From NCBI RefSeq assembly GCF_044704955.1, contig NC_091999.1, forward strand, positions 28,830,001 through 28,894,000: a stretch of DNA of 64,000 nucleotides, written 5' to 3'. The stretch is from Pristiophorus japonicus. Lineage: Eukaryota. The notes below the pieces were generated by a model. It worked only from the letters and a program-made list of their open reading frames with translations, did no database searches and had not been told where the DNA came from. Made by a program: the position numbers and the translations under genes. This document shows, piece by piece, positions 1 through 12,969 of this stretch. Position 1 is the stretch's first letter. Each line of letters starts with the position of its first letter.

Positions 1-159
1 GGCCGTTACACACCAGCCGCCACGCGGGCTTGACAGAGCTAGGTCTTATTCCAGTGGCAAGGGTTATCCTAGATGTGCTCTGCTGCACGGACCTAGTGTG
101 CACACTTATCACTGTGTGGTCTGGCCCGCGCTGCCCAATGGCCCCGAACTCACGCCTCT

Positions 160-800
160 GTAAGCTACAAGGCTACGGACTAAGAGCTGGAAAGTGGGAT
201 TAGAATGGATAGCTCTCTATCAGTCTGCACAAACAAGATGGGCCTAAATGGCCTCCTTCCGTGCTGTAAATTTGTATGGTTATATAATGAGAAATAATTT
301 ACAGTTTCGGGGGTCGATAACAAGGTGTTTAAAGGCCATTCATTTCTCTCTTTCCATTTCGCTGTTAGTTAAAGATACACAGATTGATTTCCCCTCATTA
401 TGCATCTTTAGTTGTGAAACAAAAATCCTTCCTGTTAATAGAGAGCCACATTCTGCACTGGGGGAGACGGCGGGTAGCTTCAGCCTTTAAAATTCTCCTC
501 CTCTTGTTCAAATCCCGCCAAAACCTCGCCACTCCCGATCTCTGTAACCTCCTCCAGCCCACCAACCCTCTTAATGAGGGAAAACATTTTCAGTGTCAGA
601 CGGCTCGGTAGCCAGAGGACACTTATTTAAGATGATTGGCAAATGAACCAGATGCCACACGAGCGAAAAACATTCAGTAGCGAAATGTTATGGCCTGGAA
701 CGCACTGCCTGTAAGGGTGGTGGAGGCAGATTCACTCTTTAAGTGCAAAAGAGATAAATATTTGAGTTGCAAAGATTTGCAGGGTTATGAGGCAGAGCAG
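160..800 (+). mobile_element. Degraded CR1 LINE 3'-end fragments (about 160-275 and 570-800)
   Basis: ORF 690 begins AWNALPVRVVEADS...DKYL...LQGY, like the CR1 ORF2 C-terminus. 160-275 resembles a CR1 3' UTR (GGCTACGGAC...GATGGGCCTAAATGGCCTCCTTCCGTGCTGTAAAT). Confidence 0.6.
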
Positions 801-890
801 TGGAGTGGACTAATTATACAGTTTAGGATGAGCAAGAGAGGAAAAAATGTTCCAGAGAAACTAGAACTGTCTGTAGAGAATGTATATCTT

Positions 891-1140
891 GGGCAGGCAG
901 CTCAGTCCCATGGAATGCACATCCTGGGCAGGCAGCTCAGTCCCATGGAATGCACATCCTGGGCAGGCAGATCAGTCCCATGGAATGTACATACTGGGCA
1001 GGGAAGCTCAGTCCCACGGAATGCACATCCTGGGCAGGCAGCTCAGTCCCATGGAATGCGCATCCTGGGCAGGCAGCTCAGTCCCATGGAATGTACATCC
1101 TGGTCAGGCAGCAAAGTCCCATGGAATACACATACTGGGC
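891..1140. repeat. 35-bp minisatellite (GGGCAGGCAGCTCAGTCCCATGGAATGCACATCCT), about 7 copies
   Basis: Unit visible directly at 891, 926, 961, 996 and onward; explains the repetitive ORFs between 690 and 1315. Confidence 0.95.
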
Positions 1141-2260
1141 CATGTGGGAACATCTGGATGACCACGTTGCGGGAAGTGTCGCCAGCTCCCTAATTACCTG
1201 TAAGATGCCCTCCCCAACATCACTACTACGGTTTATATGTCTGTACAAAACTCCCACTAACGTGTATTGCCATTTGGTGTTCTGCAGCTCTACCCATATC
1301 GATTCCATATCATAAGGGTGCATTTTGAGCTCCGGGTTTCGCAGCTTGACCGGTTGCTAGCGTCAATGCAGTCTATCCGTGAAGCTGAGAGCTTTGAGGA
1401 CACCACATTTCAGGAGGTAGTCACCCAGCAGTTTAAATTGTGCAGGCATAGAGGGAATGGAAGATCGTCAGACAGGCAAGGAGGAACTGACATGTAGGAC
1501 AGGAATCCCCTGACTCATTAACCGCTTTTCAGTTCTGGTTAATGAGGAGCAGGATGATTGCTCTGGGGAGTGAAGCCAGTGCCAAGTCCACGGAACCATG
1601 TTTGGCTCAGCTGCACAGAAGGGAAGGAACAAGAGTGGAAGAGCAATAGTGGTAGGTCACTTGATACATGGGGAATAGACAGACATAGAAACATAGAAAA
1701 TAGGTGCAGGACTAGGCCATTCGGCCCTTCTAGCCTGCACCGCCATTCAATGAGTTAATAGCTGAACATGCAACTTCAGTACCCCATTCCTGCGTTCTCG
1801 CCATACACCTTGATCCCCCTAGTAATAAGGACGTTTGGCGGCTGCAGACGTGACTCCAAGATAGTTATTGCCTCCCTGGTGCCAGGGTCAAGGTTTGTCG
1901 TTAAAAGGTTGCAGGACATTGTGAGGGAACCGGGGGGAGGGGTGTGAATAGCCAGAAGTCGTGGTCTATATTGTCAGCAATGACAAAGGTCGAAAGAGGG
2001 ATGACGTCCTTCAGGCAGTTTTAAGGGAGCTGGGAAGGAGACTAAAAAACAGGACCTCAAAAGTAGTAATCGCCAGATTACTCCCAGTACCACGTGCTAG
2101 TGAGTATAGAAATAGGAGGATCGAGCAGGTGAATATGTGGCTTGAGACGATGCAGGAGGGAAGACTTTAAATTTATGTGGTATTGCGACTGTTTCTGGGG
2201 GCGGTGGGACCTGGACAAGCCAGTCGGGTTGCACCTGAACAAAGCTGGGACCTAGTTCCT
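1140..2260 (+). mobile_element. CR1 LINE ORF1 remnant (SGNH/esterase-type domain), interrupted by another CR1 3' end
   Basis: Translations CLPGARV and PEVVVYIVSNDKGRKR...LGRRLKNRTSKVVIARLLPVPRASEYRNRRIEQVNMWLE are typical of vertebrate CR1 ORF1 esterase; frameshifted. Confidence 0.8.
1681..1830 (-). mobile_element. 5'-truncated CR1 3' end with (CATAGAAA)n tail inserted in the ORF1 remnant
   Basis: ACATAGAAACATAGAAAATAGGTGCAGGACTAGGCCATTCGGCCC is the reverse complement of a CR1 3' UTR with an octamer tail; the same end occurs at 60695-60760. Confidence 0.85.
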
Positions 2261-2269
2261 CTACAAGCT

Positions 2270-3553
2270 GGGGAGAGCCTCAGCTCGTTGGTGGGAACAT
2301 TTTTGGACAAAATGCTGAGGGATAGGATAAATCTTCATTTGGGAAGACACGGATTAATCAAGGACATTCAGCATGGATTTGTTAAGGGAAAGTCGGGTCT
2401 GTCTACCGATTGACTCTCCTGTATATCCCCTCAAAAAATTTAATGAGGGCAGTGCATTTGATGTAGCGTATATGAATTCTAGCAACGATTTTGATAAAGT
2501 CCCACAAGGCAGACTGGTCACAAAATTATAAGCAATTGGGATACAAGGCAAAGTGGCAAGTTGGATCCAAAATTGGCTCAGAGTCAGGAAGCAAAGGTTA
2601 ATGGTTGATGGGTGTTTTTGAGACTGGAAGGCTGTCTCCAGTGGGGAATCCATAGGGCTCACTACCAGGTCCCTTTTTTATCAATAATTTGGACTTGAAT
2701 CTATAGGGTATGATTAGGAAGTATGCAGATGACACACAAATTGGCCTTGTGGTTGATAATGAAGAAGAAAGCTCTAGACTGCAGGAAGATAGCAATGGAC
2801 TGATCAGGTGGGCAGAATAGTAGCAAGTGGACTTCAATCCGCGGTAGTGTGAGGTCTTGCATTTGGGGAGGGCTAACAAGGCAAGGGAATACATAATGAA
2901 TCCTAGGATACTGAGAAGTGTAGATGAATAAAGAGACCTAGGAGTGCATATCCACAGACCCATGAAGGTTTCAGGACAGGTAGACATTATAAATACCTTA
3001 AGAGGATAACTAGAGAAAGAATGCGGCCTATTAGAGACCACAAAGGAAATCTGTGTGGAAGCAGAAGATGTGACTATCATTCTTAATCAATACCCTGCAT
3101 TTGTTTTCACAAAAGAGAGGGGCGTTGCAGATTTTGCAATGAGGGAGGAGTGTGAAATATTGGACGAGGTAAACATAGTTAGAGAAGAAGTATTAAGGGA
3201 CTTAGCAGCTTTGAAAGTGGATAAATCCCCAGGCCCAGATGAAATGTATTTCAGGCTGTTAAGAGAAGCAAAAGAGGAAATAGCAGAGGCTCTGACCATC
3301 ATTTTCCAATCCGCACTGGCTACAGGTGTGGTGCCAGAGGACTGGAGGACCTCTAATGTTTAACCTTTGTTTAAAAAGGGAGCAAGGATGGATCGATTTA
3401 TTAAAGGCCTGTCAGCCTAACCTCAGTGGTGGGAATTTGTTTTGGAAAAATCCTGAATGACAGGAAAAATCTTCATTTGGAAAGACATGGATTAATCAGG
3501 AACAGTCCGCGCGGATTTGTTAAGGGAAGGTCATGTCTGACTAACTTGATTGA
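2270..3553 (+). mobile_element. CR1 ORF2 (RT) fragments, degraded
   Basis: QHGFVKGKS, FDKVPQ, YADDTQ (2722), LKVDKSPGPDEMY, VPEDWRTSNV motifs with stops and frameshifts. Confidence 0.9.
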
Positions 3554-4820
3554 ATCTGTCCCCTCTTCCAGGTCATCTATGTATATTGTAAACAGTTGTG
3601 GTCCCAGCACCGATCCCTGTGGCACATCACTAACCACCGGTTTCCAACGCGAAAAGGACCCATTTATCCCGACTCTCTGCTTTCTGTTATCCAGCCAATT
3701 CTCTATCCATGCTAATACATTTCCTCTGACCCCACGTACCTTTATCTTCTGCAGTAACCTTTTGTGTGGCACCTTATCGAATGCCTTTTGGAAATCTAAA
3801 TACACCACATTCATCGGTATATCTCTATCCACCATGCTCATTATATCCTCAAAGAATTCCAGTAAATTAGTTAAACATGATTTCCCCTTCATGAATCCAT
3901 GTTGCGTCTGCTTTATTGCACTATTCCTATCTAGATGTCCCGCTATTTCTTCCTTAATGATAGCTTCAAGCATTTTCCCCACTACAGATGTTAAACTAAC
4001 CGGCCTATAGTTATTTGCCTTTTGTCTGCCCCCTTTGTTAAACAGAGGCGTTACATTAGCTGCTTTCCAATCCGCTGGACCTCACCAGAGTCCAGAGAAT
4101 TTTGGTAGATAATAACGAATGCATATGCTATAACTTCCGCCATGTCTTTTAATACCCTGGGATGCATTTTATCAGGACATGGGGACTTGTCTACCTTGAG
4201 TCCCATTAGCCTATCCAGCACTATCCCCGTTGTGATAGTGATTATCTCAAGGTCCTCCCTTCTCACATTCCCGTGACCAGTAATTTCTGCAATGATTTTT
4301 GTGTCTTCCACTGAGACGACCGAAGCAAAATAATTGTTTAGGGTCTCAGCCATTTCCACATTTCCCATTATTAAATCCACCTTCTCATCGTCTGAGGGAC
4401 CAACATTTACTTTAGTCATTCTTTTCCGTTTTATATATCGGTAAAAGCTTTTACTATCTGTTTTTATGTGTTGCACAAATTTACTTTCGTAATCTACCTT
4501 TCCTTTCTTTATTGCTCTCTTAATCATTCTTTGCTGTCGATTAAAATTTTCGCAATCTTCTAGTTTCCCACTAACATTGGCCACCTTACACGCATTGGTT
4601 TTTAATTTGATACTCTCCTTTATTTCCTTGGTTATCCACGGCTGGTTATCCCTTCTCTTACCGCCCTTAATTTTCACTGGAATATATTTTTGTTGAGCAT
4701 TATGAAATAGCTCCTTAAAAGTCCTCCACTGTTCCTCAATTGTGCCACCGTTTAGTCTGCCTTTCCAGTGTACTTTAGACAACTTTGCCATCATCCCACT
4801 GTAGTCCCCTTTGTTTAAGC
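3554..4820 (-). mobile_element. CR1 ORF2 fragment, same family as the copy at 34869-36098
   Basis: ORFs 3473-3982 and 4051-4794 ([50 protein letters not shown]); closely matches 35125-36098. Confidence 0.95.
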
Positions 4821-4821
4821 G

Positions 4822-4965
4822 ACTGTAATATAAATAGAGACAGGGTCTCGTGTAATGAAAATAGGGACAGGGTCTCGTGTAATATAAACAGAGACAGGGT
4901 CTAGTGCAATGTAAGCAGGGACAGGGTCGATTGTAATCTCAGCAGAGACAGGGTCTAGTGCAGTA
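4822..4965. repeat. Short 27-bp satellite array (AGAGACAGGGTCTAGTGTAATATAAAC)
   Basis: About 5 degenerate units; same monomer as 7325-11000. Confidence 0.85.
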
Positions 4966-5339
4966 ATACATTTTAAATCTCTGGCTTGTGGTTACTGTCC
5001 GTCCTACCAGTGGTAAAGGTTTCTAACTATTTACTTGATTAAAACTCCTCATAATTTTGATCGCCACTATTAAATCTGCCTTAACATTCTCGGATATAAG
5101 GAGCACCGTCCCAGTTTCCAGCTGTTCTACTGATGCACCTCATGAACATCCAGATGAGGAGTCGCTAAGATTTGATCCCATTTTACAACAGTGCCAGAAT
5201 ATCATCCCAGGCAAGATAAGAGCATTATCCCCGGGAATTAAACCGATTGTGTAAGACTCGTCTCAGGCACTAAACTTTGGACACTCTGAACTAAATGACA
5301 AAGTCTACAAAATTAAGCTGTGACGTGCTAAAGCCCCGG

Positions 5340-5770
5340 TACAATGGGATCACTCTCACCTCTGAGTGAGAAGGCTGTGGGTTCTCAACACCTCTCCAGA
5401 GGCTGAGCACCTAATCTCGGCTGGCACTCCCGGTACCAGTACCGAAGGAGAAGGGGAGGGGGGGCTATATTGACGGTGGAGCAGTCTTTCGGATGAGACG
5501 TTACATCTGCTGAGTCTTCACTCACAGTTGGATGTAAGAGATTGAATGGCACTATTTTAAATAGCAGGGGAGTTCACCCCAAGTCCATTACACATATTTA
5601 TCCATTAACCAGCATCGCTAAAGCACAGATTCTGTGGTTATTATCACATTATGTTTGTGGGAGCTTGCTGTGTGCAATTTGACTCCATGTTTCCTACATT
5701 ATAAAAGTGACTACACTTCAAACATACTTCATTATAAAGCACTTTTGGACATTCTGAGGACGTGAAAGTC
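5340..5770 (+). mobile_element. DeuSINE-family SINE (SacSINE1-like)
   Basis: tRNA-like head followed by Deu-domain-like GTCTTTCGGATGAGACGTTA...GGCACTATTTT...GCAGGGGAGTTC; a homologous inverted copy lies at 23410-23840. Confidence 0.7.
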
Positions 5771-6594
5771 GTGAAAGTTATTTCTAAACGTCAACATTTA
5801 AAATACACGTTGCAATGGGTGACTCCTCTGGTCGCTGTTTTAACTTGTTTAGTTTAAGTGGCTGGATTCTTAAGCTAAATGGACATTCAGTGAATTACTG
5901 ATCTGTTCAGCGAGGTTCCATTGACATTGGTAGCAGAATTTTCAGAATTGAATTATTAATTTTAATATGTTCCCTTTGATATAAATCACATCTCTTCTAA
6001 TTGAACAAACCAAAAACCGATGTCACAGCTGGAGATATTTCCATTTCTTTGTACCAACTACCAATATTCATAAAATAAACCCGTGCTGTGAGTTAAAACT
6101 AATCAATAAATGACTTTGTGGATCTGCTTTTGCTGCCATGAACACTTCATGGAAACCTGTGAGGTGTTTATGTAAATAAACGCAGAAATAGAAGACCCAT
6201 ATTAGAATAGTGAACGACAGAATAGAAATAAACAGATAAAGAAACGCTAATGTCTCAACGGATTCCAGCAACAATTGATGTTTGTGATATTTTTTTCAGT
6301 TATTGGTGAACAAATCAACGATGTTATCTGCGGCCAGAATGGGGCAAGATTCTAGTCACCGTATATAGTAACAGCTCAAATGTATTCGTGGCAATTCTCT
6401 GTATCCCCTCCCTCTCTGCCTCTCTCTACTATCCCCACCTTTTGACTTGCCTCTAAAGAATGCGTCATTATTTTTACCTCACAATAAGAAGTCAATGTCT
6501 AACAAAAATGTTCTCTAAGGTCTATTTCCAGGCCTCAAACCAAATTGGTGGGTGTGCGGAGAGGCAGCTTTATAATAAAATATGTCGTGTGAAC

Positions 6595-7095
6595 TCAATG
6601 ATCTTGGGTGTTTGATGTGACTCTGTAGCGGGAACTTTACTCTGCATCTAACTCCGTGCTGTACCTGCCCTGTGAGTGTTTAATGGGACTGTTTCGATGG
6701 AGCTTTGCTCTGCATAGACGAGTGATGTACCTGCTCTGGAAGAGTTTGATGGGACGGTGTAGAGGGTGCTTTACTCCATAGCTTACCCGTGCTGTACCTG
6801 CCCTGGGAGTCTTTGCTGGGACAGTGTGGAGGGAGCTTTACTCTGCATAGACCAGAGCTGTACCTGCCCTGGGAGAGTTTGATGGGACGGTGTAGAGCAA
6901 GATTTACTCTCTATCTAAACCGTGCTGTACCTGCCCTGGGAGTGTTTGATGTGACGGTGTAGAGGGAGCTTTATTGTTTTTCGACTCGTGCTGTACCTGA
7001 GCTGGGAGTGTTTGATGGGACAGCATCGACGGAGCTTTTCTTTGCATAGGCCCGCGCTGTACCTGCCCTGGGAATATTTGATGGCACAGTGTGAC
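6595..7095. repeat. About 67-bp minisatellite (CTTTACTCTG..CCGTGCTGTACCTGCCCTGGGAGTGTTTGATGGGAC..)
   Basis: About 7 tandem units; degenerate copies of the same unit at 19275-19800. Confidence 0.9.
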
Positions 7096-7324
7096 ATCAC
7101 TATCGCAGAAAATTGATTTTGTCAGTGCAACTTCCTGTATATTGCATTTCGTGTTTACCTGTTTGACATCATCACGTCAGCAACACGTAAACAATGGGTG
7201 ACGTAATTGTTTACAACAAAGCAACGTCATCAACGTGATTTGGTCGCCATAGCTACATCAGTGCGACGTCTGACCCTCAGCCAAATGGATTGCTCGATTT
7301 AACCTATATAGACACATCTATACC

Positions 7325-8230
7325 CCAGGGTCGAGTGCAGTAATAACCGAGACACGTCCAAGTGTAACATAGACAGAGAGATGATATAGTGTAATATCTA
7401 CAATGACAGGGACCAGTGTAAAATAAAAAGACACAGCGGCTAGTGTAATATAAACAGAGACAGGGCCTAGTGTAATATAAACAGAGACAGTGTCTAGTGT
7501 AATATAGAAAATAAAGGCTCTAGTGTAATATAAACAGAGACAATGTCTAGTGTAATATAAAAAATACAGGGTCTAGTGTAATATAAACAGAGACAGTGTC
7601 TAGTGTAATATAAACAGAGACCGTGTCTAGTGTAATGTAAAAAATACAGAGTCTAGTATAATATAAACAGAGACAGGGTCGAGTGTAATATAAACAGAGA
7701 CAGGGTCTAGTGTAATATAACCAGAGACAGGACCAATCTATTATAAAGAGACAGGGGATAGTATAATATAAATAGTGACAGGGTCCAACATAATATAACA
7801 AAGAATAACGTGCTCTAATACTAACTAATACATGAGCTCTTTAGTAGAAACATTGACATTTTCTATTGCAATATAAACTGGGACATGTCGAGTGTAATAT
7901 AAAGAGAGACAGGAACTAGTGAAATATTGACAAAAACATGGTGTACGGTCATATAAACAGAGACAGCGTCTAGTTCAGTAGTAACTGAGAATGGGTCTAA
8001 TGTAATATAACGGAGGGTCCAGTACTGTGATAACTGATACAGAGCCGAGAATAATATAAACAGAGACAGGGTCTAGTGCAGTGTAACTGAGACAGTATCC
8101 ACAGAAATAAAATTGATCCCGAGACTAGTGCAGTAATAACTGAGACAGGGCCTTGTGCAATCCGAAAAGAGAGATGATCAGATGTAGTTATAATTAAACA
8201 GGGTCCAGAGTAATTTAAACATATAGAATG
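7325..8230 (-). repeat. 27-bp satellite array, reverse orientation
   Basis: AGAGACAGGGTCTAGTGTAATATAAAC units, the reverse complement of the array at 8380-11000. Confidence 0.95.
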
Positions 8231-8379
8231 CCTGGAATAATTTGATAGTAACATTCCAGCCATGCGAATCTTCATGTCTGTCTGACTGTCTATCTGTCTG
8301 TCATTCGGTCGGTCGGTCCATTCGTCTGTCCGTCCGACCGTCGATTCGTACTTCTATCCATCTATCTGTACTTCTATCT

Positions 8380-11000
8380 AATATTACACTAGAACCTGTC
8401 TCTCTTAAGACCCTGTCCCTGTTAATATTACACGAGACGCTGTCTCTGTTTATATTACCCGTGTCCCTGTCTCTGCTTATATTGTACTAGACCCTGTCTC
8501 TGTTTATATTACACTCAACTCTGTCCCAGTTTATATTACACTAGACACTGTCTCTGTTATATTAGTCTACACCCTGTCTCTGTTTGTATTATAATGGACC
8601 CTGTCTGTGTTTATATTATACTGGACCCTGTCCCAGTTTATATTGCACTCGACCTGTCTCTGTTTATATTACAGTAGACACTGTCTCTGTTTTTATTACA
8701 CTGGACCCTGTCTCTGTTTCTATTACACTAGACCCTGTCCCAGTTTATATTACACTAGACCCTGTCTCTGTTTATATTGTACTAGACCCTGTCTCTGTTT
8801 ATATTATACTAGACCCTGCCTCTGTTTACATTACGTTAGACCCGCTCCCAGTTCATATAACACTAGAGACTGTCTCTGTTTATATTAGTCTAGACCCTGT
8901 CTCTGTTTATATTCTACTAGACCCTGTCTCTGTTTATATTACACTGGACCCTGTTTCTGTTTATATTAAACTAGACCCTGTCTCTGTTTATATTACACTA
9001 GACACTGTCTCTGTTTATATTCTTCCAGACACTATCCCTGTTTATATTACACTAGACTCTGTCTCTGTTTATATTACACTAGACCCTGTCTCTGTTTATT
9101 TTGTACAAGACACTGTCTCTGTTTATATTAAACTAGACCTTGCCTCTGTTTACATTACACTAGACCCTCTTCCAGTTCATATTATATTGGACCCTGTCTC
9201 TGTTTATATTAAACTGGATCCTGTCTCTGTTTATTTTACACTAGACCCTGTCTCTCTTCATATTACACTAGACACTGACTCTGTCTATATTCTTCTTAAC
9301 ACTATCCCTGTTTATATTGGACTCGAACCAGTCTCTGTTTATATTAAACAAGACCCTGTCTCTGTTTTTATTACACTAGACCATGTCGCTGTTTATATTA
9401 CACCAGACACTGCCTCTGTTTATATTCTTTCTGACACTATCCCTGTTTATATTACACTAGACCCTGTCTCTGTTTGCATTACACAAGACCCTGTCTCTGT
9501 TTATATTACACTAGACCCTGTCTTTGTTTATATTCTTCCAGACACTATCCCTGTTTATATTACACTACACCTTGTCTCTGTTTATAATACACTAGACCCT
9601 GTCTCTGTTTATATTACACTAGGCACTGTCTCTGTCTATATTCTTCTTAACACTATCCCTGTTTTTATTGGACTCGACCCTATATCTCTGTTTATATTAA
9701 ACTAGACCCTGTCTCTGTTTATATTACACTAGACCATGTCTCTGTTTATATTACACCAGACATTGCCTCTGTTTATATTCTTTCTGACACTATCCCTGTT
9801 TAAATTACACTAGACCCTGTCTCTGTTTGTATTACACTAGACCCTGTCTATGTTTATATTACACTAGACCATGTCTCTGTTTATATTACACCAGACACTG
9901 CCTCTTTTTATATTCTTTCTGACACTATCCGTCTTTATATTAAACTAGACCCTGTCTCTATTTATATTACACTGGACCCTGTCTCTGTTCATATCACACA
10001 AGACCCTGTCGCTGTTTATATTCTTCCAGACACTATCCCTGTTTATATTACACTAGACGCTGTCTCTGTTTATAATACACTAGACCTTGTCTCTTTTTAT
10101 AATATACTAGACACTATCCCTGTTTATATTACACTACACCCTGTCTCTGTTTATAATACACTAGACCCTGTCTCTGTTTATATTACACTAGGCACTGTCT
10201 CTGTCTATATTCTTCTTAACACTATCCCTGTTTATATTGGACTCGACCCTATATCTCTGTTTATATTAAACTAGACCCTGTCTCTGTTTATATTACACTA
10301 GACCATGTCTCTGTTTATATTACACCAGACATTGCATCTGTTTATATTCTTTCTGACACTATCCCTGTTTATATTACACTAGACCCTGTCTCTGTTTGTA
10401 TTACACTAGATCCTGTCTATGTTTATATTACACTAGACCATGTCTCTGTTTATATTGCACCAGACACTGCCTCTTTTTATATTCTTTCTGACACTATCCG
10501 TCTTTATATTAAACTAGACCCTGTCTCTATTTATATTACACTGGACCCTGTCTCTGTTCATATCACACAAGACCCAGTCGCTGTTTATATTCTTCCAGAC
10601 ACTATCCCTGTTTATATTACACTAGACGCTGTCTCTGTTTATAATACACTAGACCTTGTCTCTTTTTATAAAATACTAGACACTGTCTCTGTTTATACTA
10701 CATTAGACCCTCTCTATGTTTATATTACACTAGACCCTGTCTCTGTTTATATTACACTAGACCATGTCTCTGTTTACATTACACCAGACACTATCTTTGT
10801 TTATATTCCTTCTGACACTATCCCTGTTTATATTACACTAGACCCTGTCTTTGTTTGTATTACACTAGACCCTGTCTCTGTTTATATTCCAGTAGACACT
10901 GTCTCAGTTTATGTCACACGACACCCTGTCTCTTTTTATAATACGCCAGGCATTGTCACTGTTTATATTATCCTCGACACTGTCTCTCTCTTTATTACAC
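8380..11000 (+). repeat. 27-bp satellite array (GTTTATATTACACTAGACCCTGTCTCT) with a 569-bp higher-order duplication
   Basis: Roughly 95 monomers; 9541-10109 is repeated at 10110-10678. Confidence 0.97.
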
Positions 11001-11009
11001 CAGATCATC

Positions 11010-12760
11010 TTTCCTTTTCAAATATATATTGATTTCCCTATTTGAAAGTTATAATTAAATTTGCTGCCATCACCCTTTCAGAGAGTACATTCCAGGTTAT
11101 TACAACTCGCTGCATAAAAAATCTCCTTATCTCCCGTCTGGATTTATTTTTTCATTCATCTTAATCTTTGTGTTCTGGTTACCGATAGACCTGCCGATAG
11201 AATCCCCACCTTACTATCAACTCAATGAAACCCCTTCACAATTTTGAAAACATCTGTTAATTCTCCCCTAAGCATTCCCTGCTATAATAAGAATGAACCC
11301 ATCCTCTCTCGTCTCCACAAAACTGAACTCCCTCATGCCTTGCACCAATCTCCTCTGCATCCTCGACAAGAGGCTGACAATCTTCTTAAAATGTGGATTG
11401 AAAAAAATGCAATCTTTATTTGCCCTTCAGATTATTTCTAAGGATACATGCTCCCTTTAAATTTGACTGACTGAGAAGCATTAATTATATTGTTTTACTT
11501 GTTTTGACAAAACGGACGGTGACTGAAATGCTCAGCAATATCCGTCTCCACATGACTCATGTATCAATATGATCACTGTCGCCACCTTCTGATAAAAGAC
11601 ATCTACTGCAAGCTCCAGAGCTTACTTTAAACATGATTCATAACACCCACTACAATAACTTGTTTGAACGTTTACCCAGAGGATTTTTTAGAACAAACCA
11701 CAAGAGGTGCAGATGATCAGGAAGTATCAAGGGCGGAATTAGCAAAATTATTATTGCAAATTCACCTTCAGCTCATCATACAGAGCCGTCAGATTAGATA
11801 AACTTCCACAATGAATAAAAACCTCACAGGAACAATGGTGCAACCGTGGCTAACAAGGGAAGTTAAAGATAGTATTAGATTAAATTAACAGCCATGGAAT
11901 GTTGACAAAAAGAGTAGTAAGCCCGAAAATTGGGAAGATTTTGGAATTCTGCAAAAGATGCACATGCAACTGATAATATGGGAGAAAATATAAAATTAAA
12001 TAAGCTATCAAAAATCTACAAACAGATTGTTAGAGCTTCTACACGTGTATAGAAAGATGACTTAAATTAGCGTAATTTACAATACAAAGGTAGGTGGGAC
12101 AGTAAACAGTGAGGAAGAAGTAAGGAGGCTGCAAAGGGATATTGACAGGTTAAGTGAGTGGGCATGAACATGGCAGATTGAGTATAATAGGAGAAGTGTG
12201 AAGTTCCGCACCTTGGTAGGACAAATAGAGATGCAGAATATTTTTTGAATGCTGAGAAACTGGGTAATGTTCTTATTCAGAAAGACCTGGATGGCCTTGT
12301 GCACGAATCACAGAAAGCTAACATGGAGCCAAAGTGAGCAATTAGGAAAGCAAATGGAAAGCAACATTTTATTGCAAAGGGATTGGAGTATTAGTAAAAA
12401 GAAGCCTTCATGCACTTATATAGGGCTCTGCTGAGACTACACCTGGTGTATCGTGTACAGTTTTGTTCTACTTATCTAAGGAAGGATATACTTGCCTTGG
12501 ACGGAGTGCATCTAAGGTTCATCAGACTGATCTGATTCCTGGGACGGCGGCGGGGGCGGGGGGCTGTTCTATCAGGAGAGATTGAGTATCTTATGTCCAT
12601 ATTTCCTCGGAAATCACAACATAAGAACATAAGAATTGGGAGCAGGAATAGGCCATATGGTTCAGCGAGCCTGTTCCGTCATTCAATCTAAATTGTTAAT
12701 ATAAGTTGTGAACAATAGTGGACCCAGCACTAATCTTTGTGGGGTCCCTCTTTCTATCTC
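11010..12760. mobile_element. Mosaic of degraded CR1 fragments in both orientations
   Basis: Minus 3'-end remnant 11010-11400; plus ORF2 remnants 11835-12600 (PWLTREVKD, DTKVGGTVNSEEEVRRLQRDIDRLSEWA); minus end with CATAAGAA tail at about 12615. Confidence 0.75.
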
Positions 12761-12969
12761 NNNNNNNNNNNNNNNNNNNNNNNNNNNNNNNNNNNNNNNN
12801 NNNNNNNNNNNNNNNNNNNNNNNNNNNNNNNNNNNNNNNNNNNNNNNNNNNNNNNNNNNNNNNNNNNNNNNNNNNNNNNNNNNNNNNNNNNNNNNNNNNN
12901 NNNNNNNNNNNNNNNNNNNNNNNNNNNNNNNNNNNNNNNNNNNNNNNNNNNNNNNNNNNNNNNNNNNNN
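12761..12969. other. Assembly gap (N run)
   Basis: 209 N characters; ORFs spanning it are artefacts. Confidence 1.

Noticed and set aside
1-160. Possible RTE-type LINE 5' region on the minus strand
   Set aside because: Resemblance from memory only; no coding motif in the window supports it.
690-1315. Overlapping 93-167 aa ORFs
   Set aside because: Products of the 35-bp minisatellite and CR1 remnants.
3426-4010. 194-aa chimeric ORF across a CR1 orientation switch
   Set aside because: Chance fusion of sense and antisense CR1 fragments at 3553/3554.
6068-6274. Hydrophobic minus-strand ORF resembling a TM exon
   Set aside because: No Ig TM motif, wrong strand and side for the IgM gene; T-rich sequence gives hydrophobic translations by chance.
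8584-9705. 373-aa repeat protein (ITLDPVSVY)n, or a CRISPR-like array
   Set aside because: 27-bp satellite with a stop-free frame; no unique spacers and no cas genes; eukaryotic context.
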